A stretch of 64,000 nt of DNA, from NCBI GenBank assembly GCA_050331735.1, contig JBHJGN010000006.1, positions 32,001 through 96,000 of the forward strand, in the 5' to 3' direction. The notes under the pieces were generated by a model. That model searched no databases, was not told where the DNA came from, and worked only from the letters and a program-made list of their open reading frames with translations. Below are positions 18,978 to 28,253 of this stretch, in pieces (position 1 is the first letter of the stretch; each line of letters opens with the position of its first letter). The DNA is from Cyanophyceae cyanobacterium. GTDB lineage: Bacteria > Cyanobacteriota > Cyanobacteriia > Cyanobacteriales > JBHJGN01. The position numbers and the translations under genes are program-made.

Positions 18978-19511
18978 ATGAACACTCACGAACTTTTGAG
19001 TCGGTATGCCGCTCAAGAATTAGATTTTGCAGAGGTTAGTCTGCATGAAGCGAGGCTTGAAGGAGCTAGTCTAAGCAGAATTAATTTAACTAGAGCTGAC
19101 TTAAGTAGTGCCGATTTTAGACGAGCGGACCTGAGTGGTGCCTGTTTGCAGCAGGCCAATCTAACAGATGCCGATTTAGGGGAAGCTAATCTAGTCGGAG
19201 CTAATTTAATTGAAATTAATTTAATTGGTGCGGAGTTGAATCAGGCTAATTTGAGGTGTGCAGACTTAAGTGGAGCAGACTTACGCTGTGCTAACCTCCA
19301 GGGAGCCAATTTGAGCGGAGCCAATCTCACCGATGTGGATGTGAATGGTGCTGACTTGAGCGGCGCTGATTTAACCAACGCTAAACTAGGAGGCACAGAT
19401 TTAAGCGTGGCTCATTTAGAAGGGGCAGATCTGACGGGAAGCACCGCTGATGAAAGAGACAGAAGACAAGTCGGTACCTCGCATCGCTGGGTAACTTGGG
19501 CTGGTCAATAA
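18978..19511 (+). CDS. Pentapeptide repeat protein
   Basis: Many A(D/N)Lxx repeats; AGGAG RBS upstream. Confidence 0.93.
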   Translation: MNTHELLSRYAAQELDFAEVSLHEARLEGASLSRINLTRADLSSADFRRADLSGACLQQANLTDADLGEANLVGANLIEINLIGAELNQANLRCADLSGADLRCANLQGANLSGANLTDVDVNGADLSGADLTNAKLGGTDLSVAHLEGADLTGSTADERDRRQVGTSHRWVTWAGQ

Positions 19512-19757
19512 TTGATGTAGAGTTCAGATAGTCTAACTATTAGGGAATATACGCTAGATTGTGCTCCTTATCTAGTAGGAGGCGATCTCTTTACCTGCGC
19601 CTTAGCACTTTTTCGCAACCCAGAGCTAGGCTTTTTACCGTTACCTTCCTCAAGGAGGATGACTGACCCCAAGACAACTCATCAAGATAGATGTCTACCT
19701 TAAATTGTCAGCAAGGCTCTTGAGCTATCCTAAGTCGAGCTACTGTTGTCGGCTCTA

Positions 19758-19839
19758 TGGGCAGAGTCGGACTCGAACCGACATGACCGAAGCCGCCACA
19801 TTTTGAGTGTGGTGCGTCTACCAATTTCGCCATCCGCCC
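19758..19839 (-). tRNA. trnL: tRNA-Leu (CAA)
   Basis: GGGCGGATGGCGAAATTGGTAGACGCA-CCACA CTCAAAA TGTGG-long variable arm-GTCGGTTCGAGTCCGAC-TCTGCCCA; CCA not encoded. Confidence 0.95.
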
Positions 19840-20693
19840 TGGATGTTAACTTTTCGATTATAGTCCTTTTGCCGACTTTCTAACAAGGATTGGTATTGTT
19901 GCGAACTGGCCCAGCGGTCGATTTCTCGGGCCCGCAGAACTGGAACTGGATGAGTTAACTGAGCAGTTTGCGCACTTTTGAGCATCTCGCCCAGTTGAGT
20001 ATTGCTGATAGCGTCGTAATCTCTTGCCTGAGCGATAAACGCTTCTAAATTGAGTTGAGGCGCTAGCGTTGGCGAACCGCCTGCCAGCTTCATCAGCACC
20101 GACATTACCACTTTCGGTTCCTGAATGGCCAGCAGCGCGGCGCGATCGCAGCTAAACTCAGCACAGCGTAACCAGGCCATCATCTGTTCCTGAAGCGACT
20201 GAGCAATGACGGCTCCCCAGGTAGGCAGTAAATTGGCTGCGAGGACCATCAGATTAGCCAACGTCAGATAAACACCGTGTTCGCACTTAAGATGCCCCAG
20301 TTCGTGCGCCATCACGGCCTGAATTTCTTCAGGGGTCAGCATTTCAATCAGAGACGTGTGCAGCACCATAAACGGTTGCTTCCCCCTCATGGCGAAGGTG
20401 TAAGCGTTGGGGACCGGATTTTGCTGGACGTAAAGCTGAGGCGGCTCTAGATCGAGCACCCGACAAGCTTCTAACAGCAGCTTATGGAGATGAGGTAATT
20501 GGTTGCCGCTGACTTGAACGCTAGAGGCAATGTTGTTGAGGTAGAAAAACTGCTCGCCCACAGGACCAAGCAGGCTGCGAACTGCTAAATCTAACCCCGG
20601 CAACTGCTTCAACGCTTGGGTAGCCTGAAAATCTAGCGGATGACGAAATTCGTTGGCGTTGAGACCAATCAGTTGAGTTTTGGAGATGCTCAT
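19818..20693 (-). CDS. M48 family zinc metallopeptidase
   Basis: PNAYT, HELGH, RCAEFSCDR, THP; the last codons overlap tRNA-Leu. Confidence 0.92.
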   Translation of the reverse strand: MSISKTQLIGLNANEFRHPLDFQATQALKQLPGLDLAVRSLLGPVGEQFFYLNNIASSVQVSGNQLPHLHKLLLEACRVLDLEPPQLYVQQNPVPNAYTFAMRGKQPFMVLHTSLIEMLTPEEIQAVMAHELGHLKCEHGVYLTLANLMVLAANLLPTWGAVIAQSLQEQMMAWLRCAEFSCDRAALLAIQEPKVVMSVLMKLAGGSPTLAPQLNLEAFIAQARDYDAISNTQLGEMLKSAQTAQLTHPVPVLRAREIDRWASSQQYQSLLESRQKDYNRKVNIQGGWRNW

Positions 20694-20800
20694 CGTGGGA
20701 AGAATTTGAATTTAATAAAGCGATTAGCTCTTAGCTAGATTTAGGGAAATCACTAAACAAGCGGCTAATCGCTAACGGCTAAGAGCTGTTAATCAAATGC

Positions 20801-21220
20801 TCAAGAGTCGAACAGCCAGCCTTTCACTCGATGCATACTTTCCCAGTCTGGTTTTCTCGCCAAACCGTCGGCAATATTTTCGGCAATATCGCTACGAATT
20901 TGAGCATCGAGTCCGAGCATCTGCTGAACGGCCTGGATATGCTGACGCACTCCTGTTTGTCCGGCATCTAGCATGGCAAGAGCCAAGTTAATTCGGGCTT
21001 GGGGCGCTTGGGGATCGAGTTTTACTCCCTTTTGCGCCGCTTTACAGGCTTTGTCGGGTTTGTCTGTTAATAGATACAGCCACGCCAGACAGCTCCAGGC
21101 AGAAGCGTTTCTGGGCGCGCGATCGCAAACGTCTTGAAATACGGGAATCAGGCTTTGAGGTGATTCTCCGGCTTTATAGCGTTCTAACCCTTCGTCAAAG
21201 AGAGCAGCAGCTTGGGACAT
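20801..21220 (-). CDS. Tetratricopeptide repeat protein (conserved next to iscA in cyanobacteria)
   Basis: AWSCLAWLYLL..ACKAAQKGVKLDPQAPQARINLA TPR-like helices. Confidence 0.8.
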   Translation of the reverse strand: MSQAAALFDEGLERYKAGESPQSLIPVFQDVCDRAPRNASAWSCLAWLYLLTDKPDKACKAAQKGVKLDPQAPQARINLALAMLDAGQTGVRQHIQAVQQMLGLDAQIRSDIAENIADGLARKPDWESMHRVKGWLFDS

Positions 21221-21250
21221 ATTAAATGAGTAATTTCGATACGCCTGATG

Positions 21251-21610
21251 CTAAACTCCGAAGGATTTACCGCAGCCGCAGGTTTGATTCGCGTTGGGAT
21301 TAGTAAACTGAAAGCCGCCTCCGATCATGGCATTGCTGTAGTCGAGAACAAGACCATAGAGATACAGCATACTTTTGCGATCGCAGACGATCTGGAAGCC
21401 GTCGTAATCAAACACCTCGTCATCGGTGCGCACGTTGCCGCTCTCTTCAAAGTCCATCATGTAGGACATTCCCGAACATCCTCCTTGGCGAATGCCCACC
21501 CGCAAGCAGAGATCCTTCCCTTGCTGAGCGCGCAGCAGGATAATATGCTTAAGGGCAGTTTCAGTTAGCTGAATGCCAGAATTAGGTTTAGCTTGAGTGG
21601 CCTGTGTCAT
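21251..21610 (-). CDS. iscA: A-type Fe-S cluster assembly protein (IscA/SufA, HesB family)
   Basis: GGCSGMSY and [14 protein letters not shown] motifs; start taken at MTQATQ. Confidence 0.92.
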   Translation of the reverse strand: MTQATQAKPNSGIQLTETALKHIILLRAQQGKDLCLRVGIRQGGCSGMSYMMDFEESGNVRTDDEVFDYDGFQIVCDRKSMLYLYGLVLDYSNAMIGGGFQFTNPNANQTCGCGKSFGV

Positions 21611-21855
21611 CAGTATTAGAAACTCCGAATAGACATCAATACGAACAATTTTAATCAAGGTCTTGCCATTCTAAGAGAGCAACAAGCTTTTTTTTACTAT
21701 TCTAACGAGTAATCTCCCTCGTTTTCTAAGACGATTCAACCCTGCGGGCTTCTTTCCTTCAGGCTTGAACGCGGAATTGTTGTCTGCTGTGGGGAGAGCC
21801 GTTAGGAAGCCTTTGACCCAAGCCCTCAGAGATCGACAAGAAACCTCACTGAATT

Positions 21856-22185
21856 CTATAGACTATCCTTGCTCAAGGGAACTAAATCTCCATAGGTTGT
21901 CAGCCCAAGAAACATCGATTGATTTTCGGCAATCAATTGGCCTGTTAAAACACAGCGTTCGTCTTTTCTAGCCGTTGCTTCGATGGTGGCGCGAATATCA
22001 ACCGGAGAGAATTGGGGCCGATAGTCTCCTAACTTTTGCTGGACGTAGTTCCACAAAATATCTCTAATCAAGGCTTGGTATCCTTGAGTTCCAGAAAGTG
22101 CTTTGAGCTTGTCTTTTAAACTTCTCTCTAGACGAATACTAGTCACTTCCATCTCTGTCGTTGAAGTGCGAGAAAGAGTCCGCAT
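21856..22185 (-). CDS. Ribbon-helix-helix (CopG-like) DNA-binding protein
   Basis: VTSIRLERSLKDKLKAL...GYQALIRDILWNYV RHH pattern. Confidence 0.75.
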   Translation of the reverse strand: MRTLSRTSTTEMEVTSIRLERSLKDKLKALSGTQGYQALIRDILWNYVQQKLGDYRPQFSPVDIRATIEATARKDERCVLTGQLIAENQSMFLGLTTYGDLVPLSKDSL

Positions 22186-22213
22186 GTTTTTTCCTCTCAA
22201 TGGCGATTAATGG

Positions 22214-22231
22214 TAATACAAGTGTAGTATA
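22214..22231. promoter_or_regulatory. Near-perfect palindrome overlapping a putative -10 of the RHH gene
   Basis: TAATACA-AG-TGTAGTA (6/7 match); minus-strand TATACT at 22226-22231. Confidence 0.45.
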
Positions 22232-22376
22232 AGCTTAGTTGTTTGCCTACAGGATTTAGGGCTACGTAGTCGGAAACTGGGCAGCAGTGACTCTCAAAGA
22301 ACTGGCATAGAGCATACCTGATGAGGAACTTATTTCTTCATAAAATAAAGATCTCAAAGCATTCTTCAGTGAAAAA

Positions 22377-22796
22377 GTGATGGCAAGACTAGCAGGTTGT
22401 TTAATTTCCACTGCTTTAGTTGCAGGTTTGTTAGGAATGGCGACAGAGGCTAACGGTCAAATTGTCGTCGGACAGACTACCACTCCGCTCTCTCTTCAGG
22501 GACAGTCGGGCGGACCTGTTGATAGTAAAGGATGCGGTTTTATTGCTGCGACTCCTAATCATGCAATCAACGTGACCGATCGCCTGGACTATCTGCGACT
22601 TAACGTACAGGCGAATGGAGAACCGACTTTACTTGTCGATGGACCGGGGGGAAAATTTTGTGTTCTTGCCGATCAGGTTTCAGGAGCCAACCCGGAAATT
22701 TCTGGGGTGTGGATGCCGGGTCGTTATTCAATCTATGTTGGCGATCGCACAGGTTCTCAGCACCAGTACACCATCAACATCTCTCAGCAAAAATAG
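22377..22796 (+). CDS. Secreted beta-sandwich protein (PPC-like)
   Basis: Signal peptide; CGFI..PNH, PTLLVDGPGGKFC, GRYSIYVG. Confidence 0.7.
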   Translation: MMARLAGCLISTALVAGLLGMATEANGQIVVGQTTTPLSLQGQSGGPVDSKGCGFIAATPNHAINVTDRLDYLRLNVQANGEPTLLVDGPGGKFCVLADQVSGANPEISGVWMPGRYSIYVGDRTGSQHQYTINISQQK

Positions 22797-22798
22797 TG

Positions 22799-23176
22799 CT
22801 AATCTTCTCGGGACTGAGCCGACACGTCTACCGCTTCAACATCAATTGTGCCGGGGGGAGTCAGGCGAACAAATTGTCTTGATTCTACCTTAAGCGGCTC
22901 CTTGCAGTTAGGACATTGACACTGCGTCCCGTTAAATCCCGTGAACTCGTAGCGACAGACAGGACACTGAGATTCAACTAGGTTGCGCTGCAGCCACCAG
23001 CGAAAGACAATCCACCCTACAGCGGGCAGCAACAGAACCGCCGCCACCACAACCAGCAACCCATTGGCGAGCCAGCCGAGTCCGACTGACCCTAGCAAAA
23101 AAGCGATCAGGAAGACGGTGAGCAAACAGCTAAGGCCAGAGCTGTTGACCTGAAGTAGCTTGGGATTAGGGTTCAC
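22799..23176 (-). CDS. Conserved membrane protein with Zn-ribbon
   Basis: Two TM segments, CPVC and CPNC, PPGTIDVEA. Confidence 0.75.
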   Translation of the reverse strand: MNPNPKLLQVNSSGLSCLLTVFLIAFLLGSVGLGWLANGLLVVVAAVLLLPAVGWIVFRWWLQRNLVESQCPVCRYEFTGFNGTQCQCPNCKEPLKVESRQFVRLTPPGTIDVEAVDVSAQSRED

Positions 23177-23282
23177 GGGTAAACTCCTAGGCTCTGCAAT
23201 GGGGTGGTATTTCTATCCTAATCTAGGCTTTCCCACCGGACAACTCGTGGTGTAGCGTACAACGGCGGAACCTTGAGCAAGC

Positions 23283-24443
23283 TCAGCCAGCTAGCAGTTG
23301 CTGTAGTCTTTTAGACAAGGACTGCTTGCTGAACTTCTCTAAGGTGTGCTGGCGTAGGAACTGACCGTGACAGCGCCGATCGTTGCCTGACAAAATTTCG
23401 ATGCAGGCACGGGCAACGCTGTCGGGGTCTCGATGAGGAACCCGCCATCCTAACCGTCCGTCCTGAAGAGGATCGGCAGAACCGTCATCGTCCCCCGACA
23501 GCACGGGAATGCCGCAGACTAGAGCCTCTAGGTAAACAATTCCAAATCCCTCTTGAGAAGGCATAATGTAAGCATCGGCGACGCGGTAATGCTCTACCAA
23601 CTCTGCGGTCGGGACGAACCCGGCAAACACGACTTTTTCGGCCACTTTTAGTTCTTTAGCTAGCCTCGCTAAGCGTGGCTGGTCGTCTCCCCGACCAATA
23701 ACTAAGTACTTGAGTGCTGGAAATCGCTGGACAATTTCGGGAAGGGCGCGAATGGTGACATCTACTCCTTTGTAAATGTCTCCTGACCATAGCCGCGCTA
23801 CCGTCATGAGAACTTTAGCATCGGCGAGGCCGTATTTTTCCACTAGGGCGGTGGGTTTAGGTCCGGGGGTAAAGAGAGTGCCATCTATAGCGCAGGGCAG
23901 AATTTGCACGTTCTGGGACGGAACGCGATTGGCGGTGCAGAGGCGATCGCGGCTATAGCGGCTGATTGTCCAAATGGAATCAGCCTGCTGAAGAGCTTTC
24001 CGTTCGTAGGGGGGGAGAGGTTCCCATACTTCTTTGCCGTAGGTCAAGACGGTGTAGGGCAGCCTCAGCGGCTGGCACAGAGACCGAACTAGCGGCGCTA
24101 GCTTAATGTGCCCGCATAGAACTCGCTGCGGTCGCCGCCATCCCAAACACATTAGCAGGGCGGTGGCGAGTTTGAACCGGCCTTGCCAAGCTGGCAAGGT
24201 TTTCAAATAGTGAAATTTGATCGCTCCTGTCTCCAGAGGGTTGTGGCATCCTGGTGCATCTCGCAGTAAAAAGACTTCTGCCTGAAGAGAATGACCCGAT
24301 TGCTCTAAATAGGCTTGCAGAACGTCTTGAACATAAGACTGAATCCCCCCTTCTTGAGAAAAGATTTCTAAAAAAACGAAGACGTGACTAGTGGCTGTAG
24401 CGGTTTGTCCTAAATCACTTTTCTTCACTCTCTTCCCCCTCAT
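23283..24443 (-). CDS. Glycosyltransferase family 4
   Basis: GGIQSY, YKGVD, EGFGIVYLEA; start uncertain. Confidence 0.9.
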   Translation of the reverse strand: MRGKRVKKSDLGQTATATSHVFVFLEIFSQEGGIQSYVQDVLQAYLEQSGHSLQAEVFLLRDAPGCHNPLETGAIKFHYLKTLPAWQGRFKLATALLMCLGWRRPQRVLCGHIKLAPLVRSLCQPLRLPYTVLTYGKEVWEPLPPYERKALQQADSIWTISRYSRDRLCTANRVPSQNVQILPCAIDGTLFTPGPKPTALVEKYGLADAKVLMTVARLWSGDIYKGVDVTIRALPEIVQRFPALKYLVIGRGDDQPRLARLAKELKVAEKVVFAGFVPTAELVEHYRVADAYIMPSQEGFGIVYLEALVCGIPVLSGDDDGSADPLQDGRLGWRVPHRDPDSVARACIEILSGNDRRCHGQFLRQHTLEKFSKQSLSKRLQQLLAG

Positions 24444-24509
24444 ACAGTTGGTGCCTGCGAACAACCCTTTCTAGACTGATCGCAGGCACCTCTAAAAATC
24501 TCGGTCAGT

Positions 24510-24992
24510 TTAGAACAGGCCAAGAGTCAGCGATTTGTCGATGGGGAAAGTGGCACCAATCCCTAACCAGATAGTTACCGCGGTACCAACTAAGAAAACC
24601 GTTGTGGCGACCGGGCGGCGGAAGGGGTTTTGGAACTTATTGACGTTTTCGATAAAGGGAACCAGCATTAGACCTAGAGGAATAGCCGCCTGAGCAGCAA
24701 TTCCCAGGAGTTTGTTAGGAACAATCCGGAGAATTTGGAAGACGGGGTAGAGATACCACTCGGGCAGAATTTCTAGAGGAGTGGCAAAGGGATCGGCTGG
24801 TTCGCCAACAACGGCTGGGTCGAGGACGGCGAGGCCAACGCACAGGGCAATCGTGCCGAGGATCACAATCGGGAACGTGTAGAGGAGATCGTTCGGCCAA
24901 GCAGGTTCGCCATAGTAGTTATGGCCCATGCCTTTGGCTAACTTAGCGCGCAATTTAGGATCGGCTAGATCCGGCTTTTTTAAGGTTGACAT
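24510..24992 (-). CDS. petD: Cytochrome b6-f complex subunit IV
   Basis: MSTLKKPDL...[28 protein letters not shown] before ATG 24992. Confidence 0.99.
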   Translation of the reverse strand: MSTLKKPDLADPKLRAKLAKGMGHNYYGEPAWPNDLLYTFPIVILGTIALCVGLAVLDPAVVGEPADPFATPLEILPEWYLYPVFQILRIVPNKLLGIAAQAAIPLGLMLVPFIENVNKFQNPFRRPVATTVFLVGTAVTIWLGIGATFPIDKSLTLGLF

Positions 24993-25137
24993 TTTATTCT
25001 CCTGAATCTCAGAATCAGCAGGCAGTACAGTAATGTTAATCAAAATACTAGCGTTTAACGGCCACAGTTTGGTCACCTTTTCAGCAGATTTCGCCGCTGA
25101 AGATAGAAGAGGCAGGAAACGCCAGGGCGATCGCAAT

Positions 25138-25806
25138 TTACAAAGGACCAGAGATCCCTTGCTTGCGAATCATCAGGAAGTGAAGCAGCATGAAGACGGC
25201 GATGGCCCAAGGCAGCACGAAGGTGTGCAGACTGTAGAATCGGGTCAAGGTAGCTTGTCCAACGCTAGTACCGCCTCTCATTAGCTCGACAAGCTGATCG
25301 CCAACAACAGGAATTGCCGCCGGAACGCCAGAGACGATTTTCACAGCCCAGTAGCCGATCTGGTCCCAGGGTAAGGAATAGCCCGTAACGCCGAATGTAA
25401 CGGTGATGACGGCCAGGATCACTCCAGTGACCCAAGTGAGCTCACGGGGCTTTTTGAATCCACCGGTGAGGTAGACCCGAAAGGTATGCAGAATCATCAT
25501 CAACACCATCATGCTCGCTGACCAACGGTGAATCGAGCGGATGAGCCAGCCGAAGTTGACCTCATTCATGATGTACTGAACCGAAGCGAATGCCTCAGTT
25601 ACGGTAGGCCGATAGTAGAAAGTCATTGCAAATCCAGTGGCAAACTGGATTAAGAAGCAGGTGAGCGTAATTCCCCCCAAACAGTAAAAGATGTTGACGT
25701 GGGGCGGAACGTACTTACTGGTAATATCGTCTGCGATCGCCTCAACTTCTAGGCGCTCGTTAAACCATTTGTAGGCCGATGAGTTGGTTACTTGTTTAGA
25801 AAACAT
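25138..25806 (-). CDS. petB: Cytochrome b6
   Basis: [38 protein letters not shown]. Confidence 0.99.
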   Translation of the reverse strand: MFSKQVTNSSAYKWFNERLEVEAIADDITSKYVPPHVNIFYCLGGITLTCFLIQFATGFAMTFYYRPTVTEAFASVQYIMNEVNFGWLIRSIHRWSASMMVLMMILHTFRVYLTGGFKKPRELTWVTGVILAVITVTFGVTGYSLPWDQIGYWAVKIVSGVPAAIPVVGDQLVELMRGGTSVGQATLTRFYSLHTFVLPWAIAVFMLLHFLMIRKQGISGPL

Positions 25807-26191
25807 GAAGCCAGTATTTGCTGAGTAGTAAATATTATACGGATGTTTTAGATCGAAGAGGGCTGATTGAGTCGCTCGTCACTGCCTCAGTAAACCTCTG
25901 TGGTTCAAGGATTCAGAGCTGAGCCTTAATTCTCTCCATCAAATGTAACATAGCTGCTCGGCAGAATGTTAACTTTTGTTTGAGGAGATTAAGAACGCCA
26001 AGGCTAGGGAAGGTGGCCCAGAGAATTGTTACAGTTAAAGACTAGTAACGCTTTTGGCAAAATGGCTGCCCAAAGTTTTTCTCCGTTTCGTATAGAACGC
26101 TAACTTGCTACTCAACTATTCTAGTTCAGCAACAAAAGTTTAAAGCCCCTAAACTTTAAGTAATACTTAAAAAAAAGTTAACGCGGTGCTC

Positions 26192-27421
26192 ATGGGCAAA
26201 AGAGTCATTGGGGTCATGCTGACCTTTGTTCTCACAATTATCTCCTGGTGGTGGTCTCCTACTGCTGCTGCTTTTACAGAGGATCAAAAGCTACTACTAC
26301 AGTCTTGGCGAATTGTCAATCAAGCTTATCTCGACGAAACGTTTAACCATCAGAATTGGTGGCTGATTCGCCAAAAGCTGCTGAAGCGCCCTCTGACCGA
26401 GCGAGAAAAGACTTACACCGCAATCGAGGAGATGCTTGCGAGCCTGAATGACCCGTTTACACGGCTACTCAGACCTGAACAATATCGGAGTTTACAGGTC
26501 AGTACTTCTGGAGAACTCTCCGGAGTGGGGCTGCAAATTAATCTCAACGAGCAAGGAGAGCTAGAAGTGGTCGCCCCGCTAGCGGGCTCTCCGGCAGAGT
26601 CAGCCGGAATCGAGCCGCGTGATCGCATCTTAGAAATTGACGGCGTAGATACCGCTAAGCTAGCTCTCGACGAAGCCGCCACCCGGATGCGGGGGCCCGT
26701 TGGCACAACGGTTTCTTTGAAAATCCAGTCAAACGCCAGCCAAGAAACACGGACCGTTAAGCTAGTCAGGGACACAATTTCTCTCAATCCCGTTTACGCG
26801 CAGCTCGACGAGCAGCCCGAAGGCGCCAGGGTAGGCTATCTTCGCCTTAATCAGTTTAGCGCCAATGCCGTCCAAGAAATTGCTCATGCGATCGCCAAGC
26901 TAGAACAACAGGGAGCCGATGCCTACATTCTCGATCTCCGTAATAATCCGGGAGGACTGTTACAGGCAGGAATTGAGATTGCTCGCCTGTGGCTAGATAA
27001 TGGCACCATTGTCTATACGGTCAATCGGCAGGGCATGTTAGGCAGCTTCGATTCCTATGGTTCGGCTTTAACCGAAGATCCGCTAATCGTGTTAGTGAAT
27101 CAAGGAACCGCCAGCGCCAGCGAGATTTTGGCGGGGGCGCTTCAAGATAACGGGAGAGCTCTCCTAGTGGGAGAGACTACGTTTGGTAAGGGGTTGATTC
27201 AGTCTTTGTTCGAGCTTGCTGATGGCTCTGGGTTAGCCGTTACCGTCGCTAAGTATGAAACACCAAGCCATAGAGATATCAACAAGGAAGGGATAGTTCC
27301 AGATCAAGTGATTTCTCAAGCCCCCATTACTCTACAGCAGGTCGGAACAGCAGTAGATCAACAGTACCAAGAAGCGCTGCGTCTGCTGAGGGCTCACTCC
27401 GTGTTAGCCGATGCAGCCTAG
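26192..27421 (+). CDS. ctpA: C-terminal processing protease (S41), D1-processing type
   Basis: LLLQSWRIVNQAYLD, PDZ domain, DLRNNPGGLL, TASASEI, TFGKG; divergent from petB. Confidence 0.9.
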   Translation: MGKRVIGVMLTFVLTIISWWWSPTAAAFTEDQKLLLQSWRIVNQAYLDETFNHQNWWLIRQKLLKRPLTEREKTYTAIEEMLASLNDPFTRLLRPEQYRSLQVSTSGELSGVGLQINLNEQGELEVVAPLAGSPAESAGIEPRDRILEIDGVDTAKLALDEAATRMRGPVGTTVSLKIQSNASQETRTVKLVRDTISLNPVYAQLDEQPEGARVGYLRLNQFSANAVQEIAHAIAKLEQQGADAYILDLRNNPGGLLQAGIEIARLWLDNGTIVYTVNRQGMLGSFDSYGSALTEDPLIVLVNQGTASASEILAGALQDNGRALLVGETTFGKGLIQSLFELADGSGLAVTVAKYETPSHRDINKEGIVPDQVISQAPITLQQVGTAVDQQYQEALRLLRAHSVLADAA

Positions 27422-27533
27422 TTTCAGTGAGCAGTGACTAGTCATCAGCGATCCGGTAAACTAGTTTAGTCACTGACTGATAACTTTCTGAGCCTGTCAG
27501 CCTACAGTAACTAGCAACGGTGGCTGTTGTCGA

Positions 27534-28253
27534 TTAGCGTAATAGCCAGTCGTCGATCAGGTTGAGAACTGTTGTTGGTCCTAATCCTCTGACAGATTTA
27601 ACGACATCCTGGTAGTTAGCAAACGCTCGCTTCTTTCTAGCACTGATGATCCCTTGGGCTAGTTTTTCCGCACCTCGGACTTTAGAACGCTCTAACTCAA
27701 CGGCTAGTTCTGCTTCGCTCAAAGTATTGAGTGCTTCTAGAGGCTTAAGGCGCTGAGGAATTAAGCTTTCGATTTCTCTCAATCGATTGTCAGTCCTGGC
27801 TCTTTCTTGAGTTTGTTCTTCTCTAACCTGATTTAGACCTTTCTCGACCCGTAACTCCAGATTCATCAACCGCGATTCTAAAGACTGGAGACTGCCAGTG
27901 GCAGCCGCTGTATCAGTTGCTAGCGCACTGTTTCTGGCCGTAGCCGAGAGTTGCTGAAGGGTCTCTATCTGCTGAATAGCGGCTGCTTCCCTTCCTTCTG
28001 GAACGACCAACACGTTGACCATTTCTGCTTGACGAGGATTTTTCTCACTGGCTCTGACAGCAGCGTAGTATTCTAAATGACCATAAATGACTTCGTAACT
28101 TTCAAAGGCTGTTTTTTTCAAAACTAACGGTTTTAACAATCCTTCAGTTTCTAATAATCGCTCGGCGAGCCGCTCAAGATTTGCTTCCGAAAACTGGGAG
28201 CGCGGAACGTTAGAAGTAATGCTTTCTACATCTACCTTCAAAAAGGTGGCCAT
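27534..28253 (-). CDS. ParB/Srx-like N-terminal domain + coiled coil + helix-hairpin-helix protein
   Basis: PRSQFSEANLERLA..GLLKPLVL..YEVIYGH ParB-like fold lacking the GxxR arginines; C-terminal VKSVRGLGPTT HhH. Confidence 0.75.
   Translation of the reverse strand: MATFLKVDVESITSNVPRSQFSEANLERLAERLLETEGLLKPLVLKKTAFESYEVIYGHLEYYAAVRASEKNPRQAEMVNVLVVPEGREAAAIQQIETLQQLSATARNSALATDTAAATGSLQSLESRLMNLELRVEKGLNQVREEQTQERARTDNRLREIESLIPQRLKPLEALNTLSEAELAVELERSKVRGAEKLAQGIISARKKRAFANYQDVVKSVRGLGPTTVLNLIDDWLLR

Noticed and set aside
19512..19757. Integrative element attached at the tRNA-Leu 3' end
   Set aside because: No integrase and no duplicated tRNA 3' segment found in the window.
24993..25136. 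N-terminal extension of petD in the ORF track (208 aa)
   Set aside because: Canonical PetD starts at MSTLKKPDL (24992) with an AGGAG RBS; the extension is a stop-free intergenic stretch.
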